Of a stretch of 64,000 bases of DNA, positions 18,298 to 27,015 are shown in pieces (the first letter of the stretch is position 1; each line of letters opens with the position of its first letter). Under the pieces are notes generated by a model. That model saw only the letters and a program-made list of their open reading frames with translations, did no database searches and was not told the origin of the DNA. Location: positions 465,313 to 529,312 of the forward strand of contig CAZDOJ010000001.1 in assembly GCA_964507055.1 (NCBI GenBank), given 5' to 3'. Origin of the DNA: an uncultured Gammaproteobacteria bacterium. Lineage in GTDB: Bacteria; Patescibacteriota; Microgenomatia; Levybacterales; UBA12049. Both the position numbers and the translations under genes were made by a program.

Positions 18298-18990
18298 ATG
18301 CCAGTTAAAGCATCACAGAAAAAATTTAGATACCTTGATATCATTACAGCTTTCTTCGTATCGATACTTATTATTTCCAATGTAGCATCAACGAAGATTA
18401 CAAGCATCGGACCAATAACGCTTGATGCAGGAACCATTCTTTTTCCTCTTAGTTATATATTTGGAGATATCCTCACAGAAGTGTATGGCTATAGTAGAGC
18501 AAGAAGAGTCATTTGGATTGGCCTACTTTGTAACATTCTTATGGCAGTGACATTTATGCTCGTGCAACTATTACCTCCATCACCAGATTGGCCAAATCAA
18601 CATGCATATGAGGTAATTCTTGGATTAACACCAAGAATCGTTCTTGCGAGTATCACTGCGTATTTTGTCGGCGAGTTTATTAACTCGTTTATTCTTGCCA
18701 AACTCAAAGTCGCAACGAAAGGGAAAAAGCTCTGGTTACGTACTATTGGCTCAACTGTTATTGGACAATTACTCGATACCTTAGTTTTTGTATTTATTGC
18801 TTTCTGGGGAGTATTACCAACAAATGTACTTATTGCACTCATTGTTTCTAATTATGTTATAAAGCTGGCATTTGAAGTTCTCTTTACACCGGTAACATAC
18901 TGGGTAACAAATAAGCTGAAACAGGCTGAAAATGAAGATTATTACGATAAGAAAACTAACTTTAACCCGTTTGCGATAAAATCAAAATAA
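18298..18990 (+). CDS. yhhQ: Queuosine-precursor transporter YhhQ (VUT family, DUF165)
   Basis: 230 aa with the signature LFPLSYIFGDILTEVYGYSRARRVIWIG. Divergent from tgt. TATAAT lies 8 nt before the ATG. Confidence 0.8.
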   Translation: MPVKASQKKFRYLDIITAFFVSILIISNVASTKITSIGPITLDAGTILFPLSYIFGDILTEVYGYSRARRVIWIGLLCNILMAVTFMLVQLLPPSPDWPNQHAYEVILGLTPRIVLASITAYFVGEFINSFILAKLKVATKGKKLWLRTIGSTVIGQLLDTLVFVFIAFWGVLPTNVLIALIVSNYVIKLAFEVLFTPVTYWVTNKLKQAENEDYYDKKTNFNPFAIKSK

Positions 18991-19005
18991 CTTCATAAAT
19001 GCTTT

Positions 19006-20112
19006 TTACGGTAATATATTATATACATATACTGCATTATTGGTAAGTTCAACAAAGGATTCCGTCGAAGAAAATGGTAATTCTACATCCTCACCATCAA
19101 GTTGCCAATTAAATCCTGAATTTCCAACATACGAAGAATTAGTCGTATAACCTACCAATAAGTGATCTTGTAAATTGTTGTAGTATATTTGTTCAGCTCC
19201 TTCTTTTAACTTATATGGCTTACTTTGCAAGTACACAATCGTTTCCGTATTGGAAGTTGTAACCAAGGCGTATTGCCCCTTATCATTTACAATCGGTTTG
19301 GGTTCTGACAAGATATTTTCTGTAGTTTGATACTCATTGTTTATGAATATATCATTCATAGTTTTGAGTAAAATGACTCGCAAGGTTGTATGTAAATAAT
19401 AACGAAAATTATCACTAAAATATATGGAGATAGCTTCTGGGAGAGGTGCCTTTTTACCATTAATGTAATCTGTTCCCTCTAATCGATAATATACGTTTTT
19501 TCCATTAGCGCTCATACGTATCCCCTCTAGTGACCCAAGGATCGGCTGCCCAATTGCATAGTTCGATTTATTTGTTTGTAGTAATGTCTCTGAATTATAA
19601 ATTTTGGTGAGAGCAAAATTGTCTTCTACATCTTTTTGCGAATAAATGTAATTACCTGAATTAACAATGATATGAAGATTTAGATTCTTTTGCTGAGACA
19701 AAACTTTCTGTCCATCTACATATAAATCACCTATTTCAAAATATGATCCATCCCTTTTAGAATTGTCAGTAATCGCTATAAAAGCATAATGTAATCCGTT
19801 CTCGCTCATAACATATGAGCCAATTTGCCCATTATATACAACATCGCCATCATACATTAGTGTGCCATCCCTGTCATGAATCAGATAATGTCCACTTGTA
19901 ACCTTATAAAAATCAGGCGTACGACTTAAATGAATATCCACTTTCTTTATCTCCAATTTATTATCTGAGAATGGAGGAGCTGGTTCCGCTTTTTTAAGAG
20001 CAATAGTAATGATGACGAGGGGAATGACAACAATGAGTAAAATAAAGATGGTTAGCCTCAGTTTGTTGTTTTTCTTTTTTTGAGATACTGTATTTTTACT
20101 ACTTATTTTCAC
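19006..20112 (-). CDS. Membrane-anchored hypothetical protein (N-terminal TM, beta-rich ectodomain)
   Basis: 368 aa, AT-rich. TTGACA-17/18-TACTAT promoter lies upstream. Confidence 0.5.
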   Translation of the reverse strand: MKISSKNTVSQKKKNNKLRLTIFILLIVVIPLVIITIALKKAEPAPPFSDNKLEIKKVDIHLSRTPDFYKVTSGHYLIHDRDGTLMYDGDVVYNGQIGSYVMSENGLHYAFIAITDNSKRDGSYFEIGDLYVDGQKVLSQQKNLNLHIIVNSGNYIYSQKDVEDNFALTKIYNSETLLQTNKSNYAIGQPILGSLEGIRMSANGKNVYYRLEGTDYINGKKAPLPEAISIYFSDNFRYYLHTTLRVILLKTMNDIFINNEYQTTENILSEPKPIVNDKGQYALVTTSNTETIVYLQSKPYKLKEGAEQIYYNNLQDHLLVGYTTNSSYVGNSGFNWQLDGEDVELPFSSTESFVELTNNAVYVYNILP

Positions 20113-20172
20113 TGGCTATCTATTAATAGTAGCCGAAGAAAAATTAACCTGTCAAGCTATAAGTAGAATATG

Positions 20173-20245
20173 TACTCCCGGAGGGACTCGAACCCCCAAC
20201 CTAATCGTTAGAACCGATGTGCTCTATCCATTGAGCTACGGGAGC
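20173..20245 (-). tRNA. tRNA-Arg (anticodon TCT)
   Basis: Reverse complement: acceptor GCTCCCG/CGGGAGT, anticodon stem CATCG/CGATT, loop GTTCTAA. Minus-strand promoter TTGAAT-17-TAAAAT at 20263-20291. Confidence 0.85.
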
Positions 20246-20300
20246 GGTTAGAACTATATGCAATTTTACCATGTGGGTGAGTTGAATTCAAATAAGAGCT

Positions 20301-20329
20301 TTGACAGCTACGTCCTTCTCTCTTATAAT
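20301..20329 (+). promoter_or_regulatory. Consensus sigma70 promoter TTGACA-17-TATAAT driving the GT2 synthase
   Basis: Perfect hexamers lie inside the annotated TTG-start N-terminal extension of the ORF. Confidence 0.55.
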
Positions 20330-20351
20330 CGGCAATAATGCCTCCCATACC

Positions 20352-21938
20352 ATGGTAAAAATATCTTTAAGAATTTTATTATTTTTTGTTGCTGTCACCA
20401 CTTCTTGTTACTTTATCTTACGAATTCAATTAATCCCATTTTATTCATACTTTGTGGTCTTCAGTGTCCTCCTATTTATCGCCGAAATATATACTGTCCT
20501 CCACTCTCTCAGTGCTGCCTATATGTTATGGCCGCGTAAATATAAAACGTACAAAAAAATCAATCACAATAAAAAGATCCAAATCAATATGCTGATATGT
20601 GTCTGTGGTGAGCCGACGGAGATTATTCGTCAAACGATTTTGGCAGCCAAAAGAACTGCTGATGTGTATACGAAAAAAATAAACCCACAGAGAAAACCAA
20701 GGGTGGTCGTATTAAATGATGGTAAAGTTGCGAGAAAAGAAAATTGGAGAGAGATACTAGAGCTTTGTCGTGAGTTGAACATACAACATATTGCTAGAAA
20801 AATACCTGGAGGATTTAAAGCAGGAAATATCAATAATGCTTTGACAAAACTGCAAACAAAGGATCCACGCAATACAATTGATATTGTTCTAGATGCCGAC
20901 TACGCAGCACTTCCGAAATTTCTTACCGAAATTACTAAGCCATTTGTAAGCGACACAATTGATTTTATCCAAACGCCACAAAGATATAGAAACGAAAAAA
21001 CTTGGATAGCAAAAGCTGCCAATGCACACCAAATTAATTTTTTCCAATATTATTGTGAGTCCAAAGCAGACGACAATGCACTCTTTCTCTGTGGTACAAA
21101 TTTTGCCGTACGACGGGAAGCATTGAATGCAGTTAATGGTATGGATGCCAGATTTATTACTGAAGATTATGCAACAGCGATCAAAATGCATTTAGCAGGA
21201 AAACGTGGAGGGTTTATCAAAGAGCCTTTGGCTAAGGGAATTGCACCAGCAACCCTTAAAGATTACTTCAATCAACAACGCCGCTGGGCAAAAGGAACAT
21301 TTGACACAACATTTGCATTCCTACCGCAGTTCATTTGGGGGCCTATGAATCTTAAACAAAAACTACACTATCTCATCGCATCGACCTATTATCTTATCGG
21401 CATACGAAATTTCATCTTGTTAATCGCTCCTATGCCTTATTTGTTCTTTAATGCATCCATTATTAAAGCAGATAATCTTTTACTTTATCTCTATATACCA
21501 ATACTTATGTTTAATTTTTTTACCAGCATAGTGTTGGTACGACAACCGATCAAGAGTTTGGTCTTAAGTCTTATTACTTTTCCCGTATTTTCTTCGGCTT
21601 TTGTATCAAGTATTTTTCATAGAAAACTTGGTTTCGTAGTAACTACGAAAAAGTATGAACGCGAAAATATTTTCGTTATGTATAAAATCCAACTTATTAT
21701 ATGCATGATCCTCACCATTGGATTAATTTTTCATATCACAAGATATCCTTCGCAGGGATACATAGCAATTATCAATTACTTTTGGACGGCGTATGATATT
21801 CTTTGTCTTACAATAGGATTTGGTCTCATGGTAAAAGAAAATTATATGAGCAAATTTTATAAGTTTGTCTACTCAAAAGTAGGCTCTAAAAAACTTGCTG
21901 ACTATAGATTGTATATACATTCTCTTCTAACAAACTAA
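20352..21938 (+). CDS. Processive family-2 beta-glycosyltransferase (cellulose/chitin/PNAG-synthase-like), multi-TM
   Basis: D, DXD (VLDADYAA) and Q(Q)RRW (QQRRWAKG) motifs with C-terminal TM helices. Start moved to MVKISL, downstream of the promoter. Confidence 0.8.
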   Translation: MVKISLRILLFFVAVTTSCYFILRIQLIPFYSYFVVFSVLLFIAEIYTVLHSLSAAYMLWPRKYKTYKKINHNKKIQINMLICVCGEPTEIIRQTILAAKRTADVYTKKINPQRKPRVVVLNDGKVARKENWREILELCRELNIQHIARKIPGGFKAGNINNALTKLQTKDPRNTIDIVLDADYAALPKFLTEITKPFVSDTIDFIQTPQRYRNEKTWIAKAANAHQINFFQYYCESKADDNALFLCGTNFAVRREALNAVNGMDARFITEDYATAIKMHLAGKRGGFIKEPLAKGIAPATLKDYFNQQRRWAKGTFDTTFAFLPQFIWGPMNLKQKLHYLIASTYYLIGIRNFILLIAPMPYLFFNASIIKADNLLLYLYIPILMFNFFTSIVLVRQPIKSLVLSLITFPVFSSAFVSSIFHRKLGFVVTTKKYERENIFVMYKIQLIICMILTIGLIFHITRYPSQGYIAIINYFWTAYDILCLTIGFGLMVKENYMSKFYKFVYSKVGSKKLADYRLYIHSLLTN

Positions 21939-21945
21939 GGAACTT

Positions 21946-22449
21946 TTAGATAAATGCACTAATGCGTTCTTCGATTTCCTGAGGATTAGGAATTTCAGAT
22001 AGATAAACTTCTTCTTTAAGGCCAGGGGACGTGATAACGACAGTAACTGTTCCGTAGTGAAACATCTTACCAAAAAGATCTTGACTCACCATGACTGTTT
22101 TAACATTCTTTAAATCATATACTCTTAATTTCTTCGTAAACACGCCATCCTTTACGATAAGATGTGAATCTTGAATATAATACCGTTTATTAAGCCAGTG
22201 AAAAAGTACTGTAAGGATAAGAAAAATTTGAAATATATATGAACCAACAAGCAAAAGTAAAAAGCCTATATCAATATTCTGTAAAGAAATAAATCGTTCG
22301 TGAAGATCGAATACAAAGATACGCAGCACTATATAGATAGTGTCAATCCCAACCATTACAGCTAGAAATCTAGACACTAATAGAAATATACTCCCTTGGA
22401 TTGGTTCAGGTAATTTTAATTTAGCTGATGATTGTGTTGTTTCTTCCAT
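21946..22449 (-). CDS. Membrane protein with a bacterial PH domain (bPH_2, YdbS/YdbT-like)
   Basis: 167 aa with two N-terminal TM plus a PH-like beta domain. Confidence 0.5.
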   Translation of the reverse strand: MEETTQSSAKLKLPEPIQGSIFLLVSRFLAVMVGIDTIYIVLRIFVFDLHERFISLQNIDIGFLLLLVGSYIFQIFLILTVLFHWLNKRYYIQDSHLIVKDGVFTKKLRVYDLKNVKTVMVSQDLFGKMFHYGTVTVVITSPGLKEEVYLSEIPNPQEIEERISAFI

Positions 22450-22526
22450 AGAATTTAAAGCAAAACTCTATGCAAATTGTAATTCATCTGTAGTTTTATT
22501 ACAAGAATATCTCGTTATGAGGATAA

Positions 22527-23063
22527 TTATGCTTCTTTGATGACACCGCAAACAATTCTTGGTCCACCACTGATTTTGGAACCAGATTCTCCACCAATAT
22601 ATGGATCTGGATTGCCATGGACCATAAGAGAAGTTCCTTCTCCTGATAAGATACTTAATGGACCGTCAGATAAAGTCACTCGTGTCGTTATAGCTTCAAG
22701 AGTACCTTTCCCAGATTCATCAATTGTAATATTTGGAAGATCTCCTGCATGATGAGGATGATTTACGTCAGGATCTGAATTACCGCTTGGACCTGGATCG
22801 AAATGGCCACCAGCACAAGTAAATGTACCACTGCAATCAGCTTTCTCATGAATATGTACAGCGTGTTTGCCTGGAATTAATTTGGCTGGGTCGCCTTCAA
22901 GATGCAATGTAATCTTTACAACCTTTTGATCATCAAATTGATATTCGACCAATTCGGCATTACCTTTTATGCCTTCCCCAAGCATTTCTGCCGTAGCTTT
23001 CTTATTTTCTTTTCCGTCAAAGGAGAATAGTTGCATGAAGAAATGATAGAAGATTTGCGACAA
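22527..23063 (-). CDS. sodC: Cu/Zn superoxide dismutase
   Basis: HAVHIHEKADCS, GGHFDP, HHAGDLPNI, LMVHGNPD. Confidence 0.85.
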   Translation of the reverse strand: MSQIFYHFFMQLFSFDGKENKKATAEMLGEGIKGNAELVEYQFDDQKVVKITLHLEGDPAKLIPGKHAVHIHEKADCSGTFTCAGGHFDPGPSGNSDPDVNHPHHAGDLPNITIDESGKGTLEAITTRVTLSDGPLSILSGEGTSLMVHGNPDPYIGGESGSKISGGPRIVCGVIKEA

Positions 23064-23120
23064 AAAAGCAATTCACTTTACGGGATTCTTACGCAAGAGG
23101 ATGATTTAATCTAAATCAAA

Positions 23121-23243
23121 TTATTTTCGCTTTGCAGCTTTAGCAGCAAGCATTTCACTTTTTGCAGCGAGACGCTTTGCTGTTTTGTGAGGTCTCTTTA
23201 ATTTTGCTCTTTTACTTCCGACACCGGTATCTCTCTTTGCCAT
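23121..23243 (-). CDS. Unannotated 40-aa Lys/Arg/Ala-rich basic protein (MAKRDTGVGSKRAKLKRPHKTAKRLAAKSEMLAAKAAKRK). Possibly ribosome- or nucleic-acid-associated.
   Basis: By my own translation of the minus strand. TGTATAAT lies 6 nt before the ATG (leaderless). It is too short for the ORF track. Confidence 0.4.
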   Translation of the reverse strand: MAKRDTGVGSKRAKLKRPHKTAKRLAAKSEMLAAKAAKRK

Positions 23244-23280
23244 GAAGCTATTATACACTATTTATTTGAGAAAATACAGA

Positions 23281-23502
23281 TCAGTTTTTTGCTTTGTGCT
23301 TACCCCAATGAATGCGATTCCAAATACGTTCGTGGATAAAATATAAAACAGTATTCACAATACTTGTGACAACGGTAATATGTGTCGTTGCATCAATATC
23401 ACCAGTCATAATATAAACGACAACGAATGTAGCGACAATGATGAGGAGACGATAGGTAATAGTCTTAGCGAGGGAGCGTTTTGCGTGTTCAAAATGCTTC
23501 AT
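23281..23502 (-). CDS. DUF2061 membrane protein
   Basis: 73 aa (..KRSLAKTITYRLL..YIMTGD..FIHERIWNRIHWG). Confidence 0.6.
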   Translation of the reverse strand: MKHFEHAKRSLAKTITYRLLIIVATFVVVYIMTGDIDATTHITVVTSIVNTVLYFIHERIWNRIHWGKHKAKN

Positions 23503-23525
23503 TAATCCAGTATAGCAGAGATGAA

Positions 23526-23840
23526 TTATACTTTCTCAGCGTAGACGTTAATGGCATGAATAATCGGAATCATCGCCATGCCTTTAGAAGTGAGATTGTA
23601 GACGACTGAAACTTTATCAACGGTTTCTTTTTCTTTTATCACAATATGCTCTTGCTCTAGCTTTTTTAATCGATCAGTCAAGGTTGCGGGACAAATATCA
23701 GGAACCGTTCTTTCAAGTTCACTAAACCGCATCTGTTTTTGAGAAAGCATCGCAATTATATTTAGGATATAGGCGTCTCCAATGACTTTGACAACATTTT
23801 GAAATTCATTTGAGATTGTTTTTGGCTGTATGGTTGACAT
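23526..23840 (-). CDS. HxlR-family winged-helix transcriptional regulator
   Basis: 104 aa (..CPATLTDRLKKLEQEHIV..). Divergent from an oxidoreductase gene. Confidence 0.75.
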   Translation of the reverse strand: MSTIQPKTISNEFQNVVKVIGDAYILNIIAMLSQKQMRFSELERTVPDICPATLTDRLKKLEQEHIVIKEKETVDKVSVVYNLTSKGMAMIPIIHAINVYAEKV

Positions 23841-23850
23841 GATTTCCTAA

Positions 23851-23896
23851 CTTTAGTACTATACTTTTCATAGTACTATTATTTTCATAGTAAATG
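23851..23896. promoter_or_regulatory. About 2.7 tandem copies of a 17-bp unit (TTTTCATAGTACTAT), each containing the palindrome AGTACT. Candidate HxlR operator.
   Basis: TAGTACTAT at about 23854 and 23871, and TTTTCATAGTA at about 23865 and 23882. Confidence 0.35.
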
Positions 23897-23984
23897 TATT
23901 TTACTCCTTTATGCCAAATAAATTCAATTACTCCCCTGTAAGCAATCCATGTATCCATCTTTTTTTGAAAGGAGGTGAATTAAT

Positions 23985-24920
23985 TTGAAAGCAGCACAAA
24001 TAAACGAATATAGTGAACAAGGAAATGTCCAGATCACTGATATCCCACAGCCAGAAGTTACAGAAGGAAAAGTGTTGGTAGAAGTTCATGCAGCAGGTGT
24101 TAATCCTATCGACTGGAAGGTCGCAACAGGTTATGCAAAAAGTATGGTCCAACATCCATTCCCTTTTACATTGGGTGGAGATATAGCAGGAGTTGTGAAA
24201 GCAGTCGGAGCTGGAGTTACCAACGTAAAAGAAAGTGACAAAGTGTACGGCCAAGCAAACATCCTTGGTGGACAAACAGGTGCGTTTGCAGAATTTGCAG
24301 TTACATCTGCAACGTCTTTAGGAATCAAACCTGAAAAACTCTCAATGTCCGAAGCAGGTGCAGCACCATTAACTGGAGTTAGTGCAATTCAAGCACTCTA
24401 TGACCACATCCAACTGAACAGTGGACAAAAAATACTTATCCACGGTGGAGCTGGTGGTATTGGAACAATGGCGATCCAAATCGCAAAACATATCGGAGCA
24501 CATGTCGCAACAACAGTTAGTGAATCTGATAGAGAATTTGTAAAAAGTCTCGGTGCAGATGAAGTAATCGATTATAAGAATCAAAAATTTGAAGATACTG
24601 TAAAAGAGTATGATGCAGTCTATGACTTAGTCGGTGGAGAAACATTCACACGTTCTTACGCAGTTCTAAAGCAAGGAGGTAAACTCGTCACAATGGCAGC
24701 TCAGCCAGATGAAGAACTTGCAAAGCAATACAATGTTGAAGCAATCGGACAATATACGGTTGTGAATACTGAGCGGTTAAACAAACTCTCTGAGCTCATA
24801 AATGATGGTGTGATAACAATACACATTGAAAAGACATTCCCACTTGATGAGTCCGCAAATGCATTAGTATATTTGCGAAATACTCCTCCAAAAGGTAAAG
24901 TGGTTATTGAAGTTAAATAA
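23985..24920 (+). CDS. NADPH:quinone oxidoreductase (MDR / zinc-binding alcohol dehydrogenase family)
   Basis: 311 aa with GGAGGIGTMAIQIAK. TTG start with SD AAGGAGGTGA. Confidence 0.8.
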   Translation: MKAAQINEYSEQGNVQITDIPQPEVTEGKVLVEVHAAGVNPIDWKVATGYAKSMVQHPFPFTLGGDIAGVVKAVGAGVTNVKESDKVYGQANILGGQTGAFAEFAVTSATSLGIKPEKLSMSEAGAAPLTGVSAIQALYDHIQLNSGQKILIHGGAGGIGTMAIQIAKHIGAHVATTVSESDREFVKSLGADEVIDYKNQKFEDTVKEYDAVYDLVGGETFTRSYAVLKQGGKLVTMAAQPDEELAKQYNVEAIGQYTVVNTERLNKLSELINDGVITIHIEKTFPLDESANALVYLRNTPPKGKVVIEVK

Positions 24921-24987
24921 CTTCATAAGAAATTCTTAAGACAACCTTAAGAATATACCCCTATTGTAAAGAAGGGAGGTGAATTAT

Positions 24988-25512
24988 ATGGACGAACAAA
25001 ATACAAATACACAATCAACTGAGAAGAAAAGTAGTAACGGTGGGCTTATCGCGATTATCGGAATAATCGTTATTGTCCTCGTTGGTGTTGTTGGATACCA
25101 AACAATGAATAAGCAACAAACAACGACAACAAACCAGACACAATCACCAGCAATGCAACAACAAACAACTGAAAATACACAACCAACAACAGGTTCAGGA
25201 GAAGCAGCAACGGCCGCGTATAAAGATGGTACATACACAGCAGTTGGTAATTACACATCTCCTGGTGGGCAAGAAGAATTAGGCGTTACGTTAACGATTG
25301 CTGATGGAGTTGTCACTGACTCTACAGTCGAAGTTAAAGCGACACGACCTATTTCTAAAGAACGCCAAACAGATTTTGCGGAACATTACAAAACGCAAGT
25401 TGTAGGGAAAAGTATTGACGAAATTAGTTTAACGAAGGTCTCTGGCTCATCATTGAGTCCGAAAGGATTTAATGACGCAGTTTCAAAGATTAAGACAGAA
25501 GCCGGAGCATAA
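24988..25512 (+). CDS. FMN-binding domain protein, membrane anchored
   Basis: TM, a Thr/Gln-rich linker, and an FMN_bind-like C-terminal region (..VGKSIDEISLTKVSGSSLSPKGFNDA..). SD GGGAGGTGA lies 5 nt before the ATG. Confidence 0.6.
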   Translation: MDEQNTNTQSTEKKSSNGGLIAIIGIIVIVLVGVVGYQTMNKQQTTTTNQTQSPAMQQQTTENTQPTTGSGEAATAAYKDGTYTAVGNYTSPGGQEELGVTLTIADGVVTDSTVEVKATRPISKERQTDFAEHYKTQVVGKSIDEISLTKVSGSSLSPKGFNDAVSKIKTEAGA

Positions 25513-25535
25513 TCATAAAACAGAATACTCGTGAC

Positions 25536-25578
25536 AAAAGCAGGGTATGGTAAATTTAATATCATACTCTGCTTTTTT
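25536..25578. terminator. Bidirectional terminator between convergent genes
   Basis: GCAGGGTATG...CATACTCTGC stem flanked by A-run and T-run. Confidence 0.5.
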
Positions 25579-25625
25579 GTTATGATATAACACTAAAAAA
25601 TTTGGTCGGCACAAGTAGTAAAAAT

Positions 25626-26963
25626 TTATAGCGTGTGTTCTTCCCCATTGAGAGGTAAATACACATCTTGCAGCTGTAATTCTTGTTTGACCTTTTGTGA
25701 GAAAACATCCCGTTGTACAGTATCACCATGAACAATAAAAACTTTCTTCACACCTTTAATATGCTTGAGCCATTCAAGAAGTTTTGGCTGATCTGCGTGA
25801 GAACTCATAGTCGTCTCACGGATTGAAGCACGAACATTGATGAATTTATCATAAATCCGAACCTTTCTTGCACCTTCAAGGATTCTTCGTCCCAATGTCT
25901 CTTCTGCTTGATAGCCTACAAAAAGCAATCTTGAGGTTCGAATTGGCAGGTAATTAAGTGCGTGGTGCAGAATACGTCCACCAGAGAGCATACCCGATCC
26001 GGCGACAATTACCTTTGGATCAATTGCCTTAATAATTTCTTTACTATCACGTGCTTCAGATGTTACAGCAAGACCTTCAAAGTGGAAAGGATCGTCATTA
26101 TGGGTTTGTAATTCTTGATTGTAGAATTCACGATATTGGCGGAAAATCTCAGTCGCTCGAATACCCATAGGACTGTCCATAAAGACAGGTGTGTCTTGTT
26201 GGACTTTTCCTTCTTTTTTTAAATGATAAATTCTATGCAAAATTTCCTGTGTACGCTCAAGTGAAAATGCCGGAATCATAAGAACGCCACTGTCACGTTC
26301 TGCCGCATTTATTTCTTCTTGAATAACTTTGGAAGGATCTTCTTTGGGATGAACTTTATCGCCATATGTTGATTCCATAACCACAATATCTGCATTATCG
26401 ATGTAATCCGTTGGTCTGATAATATCTTCTGGTGTATTACCCAAGTCGCCACTAAAGACAATTGTCCGTCCATCCCCTTTATCTGTGATTACAATACTAG
26501 CTGATCCAAGAATATGTCCTGCATTTTTGAAATTAACAGTAAATGGACCAAAAACCACAGGTTTGTCATATTCTACAATCTCAACTAACTTTAACGTCTT
26601 TTCAACTTCTTCAATTCCATAAAGCGGGGGCACGTCAATCTTTTCTGCAGCAATTTTTGCGGAATCCATGAGAATCACTTCCATCAATGCGAATGTCGGT
26701 GCTGTCATGTAAATCTTTCCTGAAAAGCCTCCATATACTAACATAGGTAAACGCCCACAATGATCCAAATGAGCATGCGTAAGAACAACTCCCTTTACTT
26801 GGGATGGTTTAAATTGAAGTGGCTGATAATTAAGATTTGCAATCTCCTTAGGTCCTTGAAACATACCCATATCAACTAAGAGTTGGCTTTCATCGTCAGC
26901 AGTTAGAAGGAATGAGGATCCAGTTACTTCTCCTGAGGCTCCTAAAAAATGTACTTTCTTCAT
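25626..26963 (-). CDS. MBL-fold beta-CASP ribonuclease (RNA-metabolising metallo-beta-lactamase)
   Basis: 445 aa with HAHLDHCG (HxHxDH) and beta-CASP C-terminal length and features. Confidence 0.75.
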   Translation of the reverse strand: MKKVHFLGASGEVTGSSFLLTADDESQLLVDMGMFQGPKEIANLNYQPLQFKPSQVKGVVLTHAHLDHCGRLPMLVYGGFSGKIYMTAPTFALMEVILMDSAKIAAEKIDVPPLYGIEEVEKTLKLVEIVEYDKPVVFGPFTVNFKNAGHILGSASIVITDKGDGRTIVFSGDLGNTPEDIIRPTDYIDNADIVVMESTYGDKVHPKEDPSKVIQEEINAAERDSGVLMIPAFSLERTQEILHRIYHLKKEGKVQQDTPVFMDSPMGIRATEIFRQYREFYNQELQTHNDDPFHFEGLAVTSEARDSKEIIKAIDPKVIVAGSGMLSGGRILHHALNYLPIRTSRLLFVGYQAEETLGRRILEGARKVRIYDKFINVRASIRETTMSSHADQPKLLEWLKHIKGVKKVFIVHGDTVQRDVFSQKVKQELQLQDVYLPLNGEEHTL

Positions 26964-27015
26964 CTGTAATTAGTATAGTGAGTTAGCGAAGAGATTGCTA
27001 GAAGATGTTTGTGGA

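Noticed and set aside
20301-20351. TTG-start N-terminal extension of the GT2 synthase, and similar extensions of lexA, the QueC-like gene, HK2, Tgt and the 252-aa protein
   Set aside because: In each case the extension contains the gene's own consensus -35/-10 boxes or the LexA operator. I therefore chose downstream in-frame ATGs.
23851-23896. CRISPR-like repeats
   Set aside because: There are only about 2.7 copies of a 17-bp unit with no spacers. This is an operator-scale tandem repeat, not an array. No cas genes are present.
24131-25258. Several 60-85 aa minus-strand ORFs (24131..24328, 24369..24584, 24984..25238, 25070..25258)
   Set aside because: They are antisense to the well-supported quinone reductase and FMN-binding genes. 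They are Cys/Val-rich low-complexity mirror frames.
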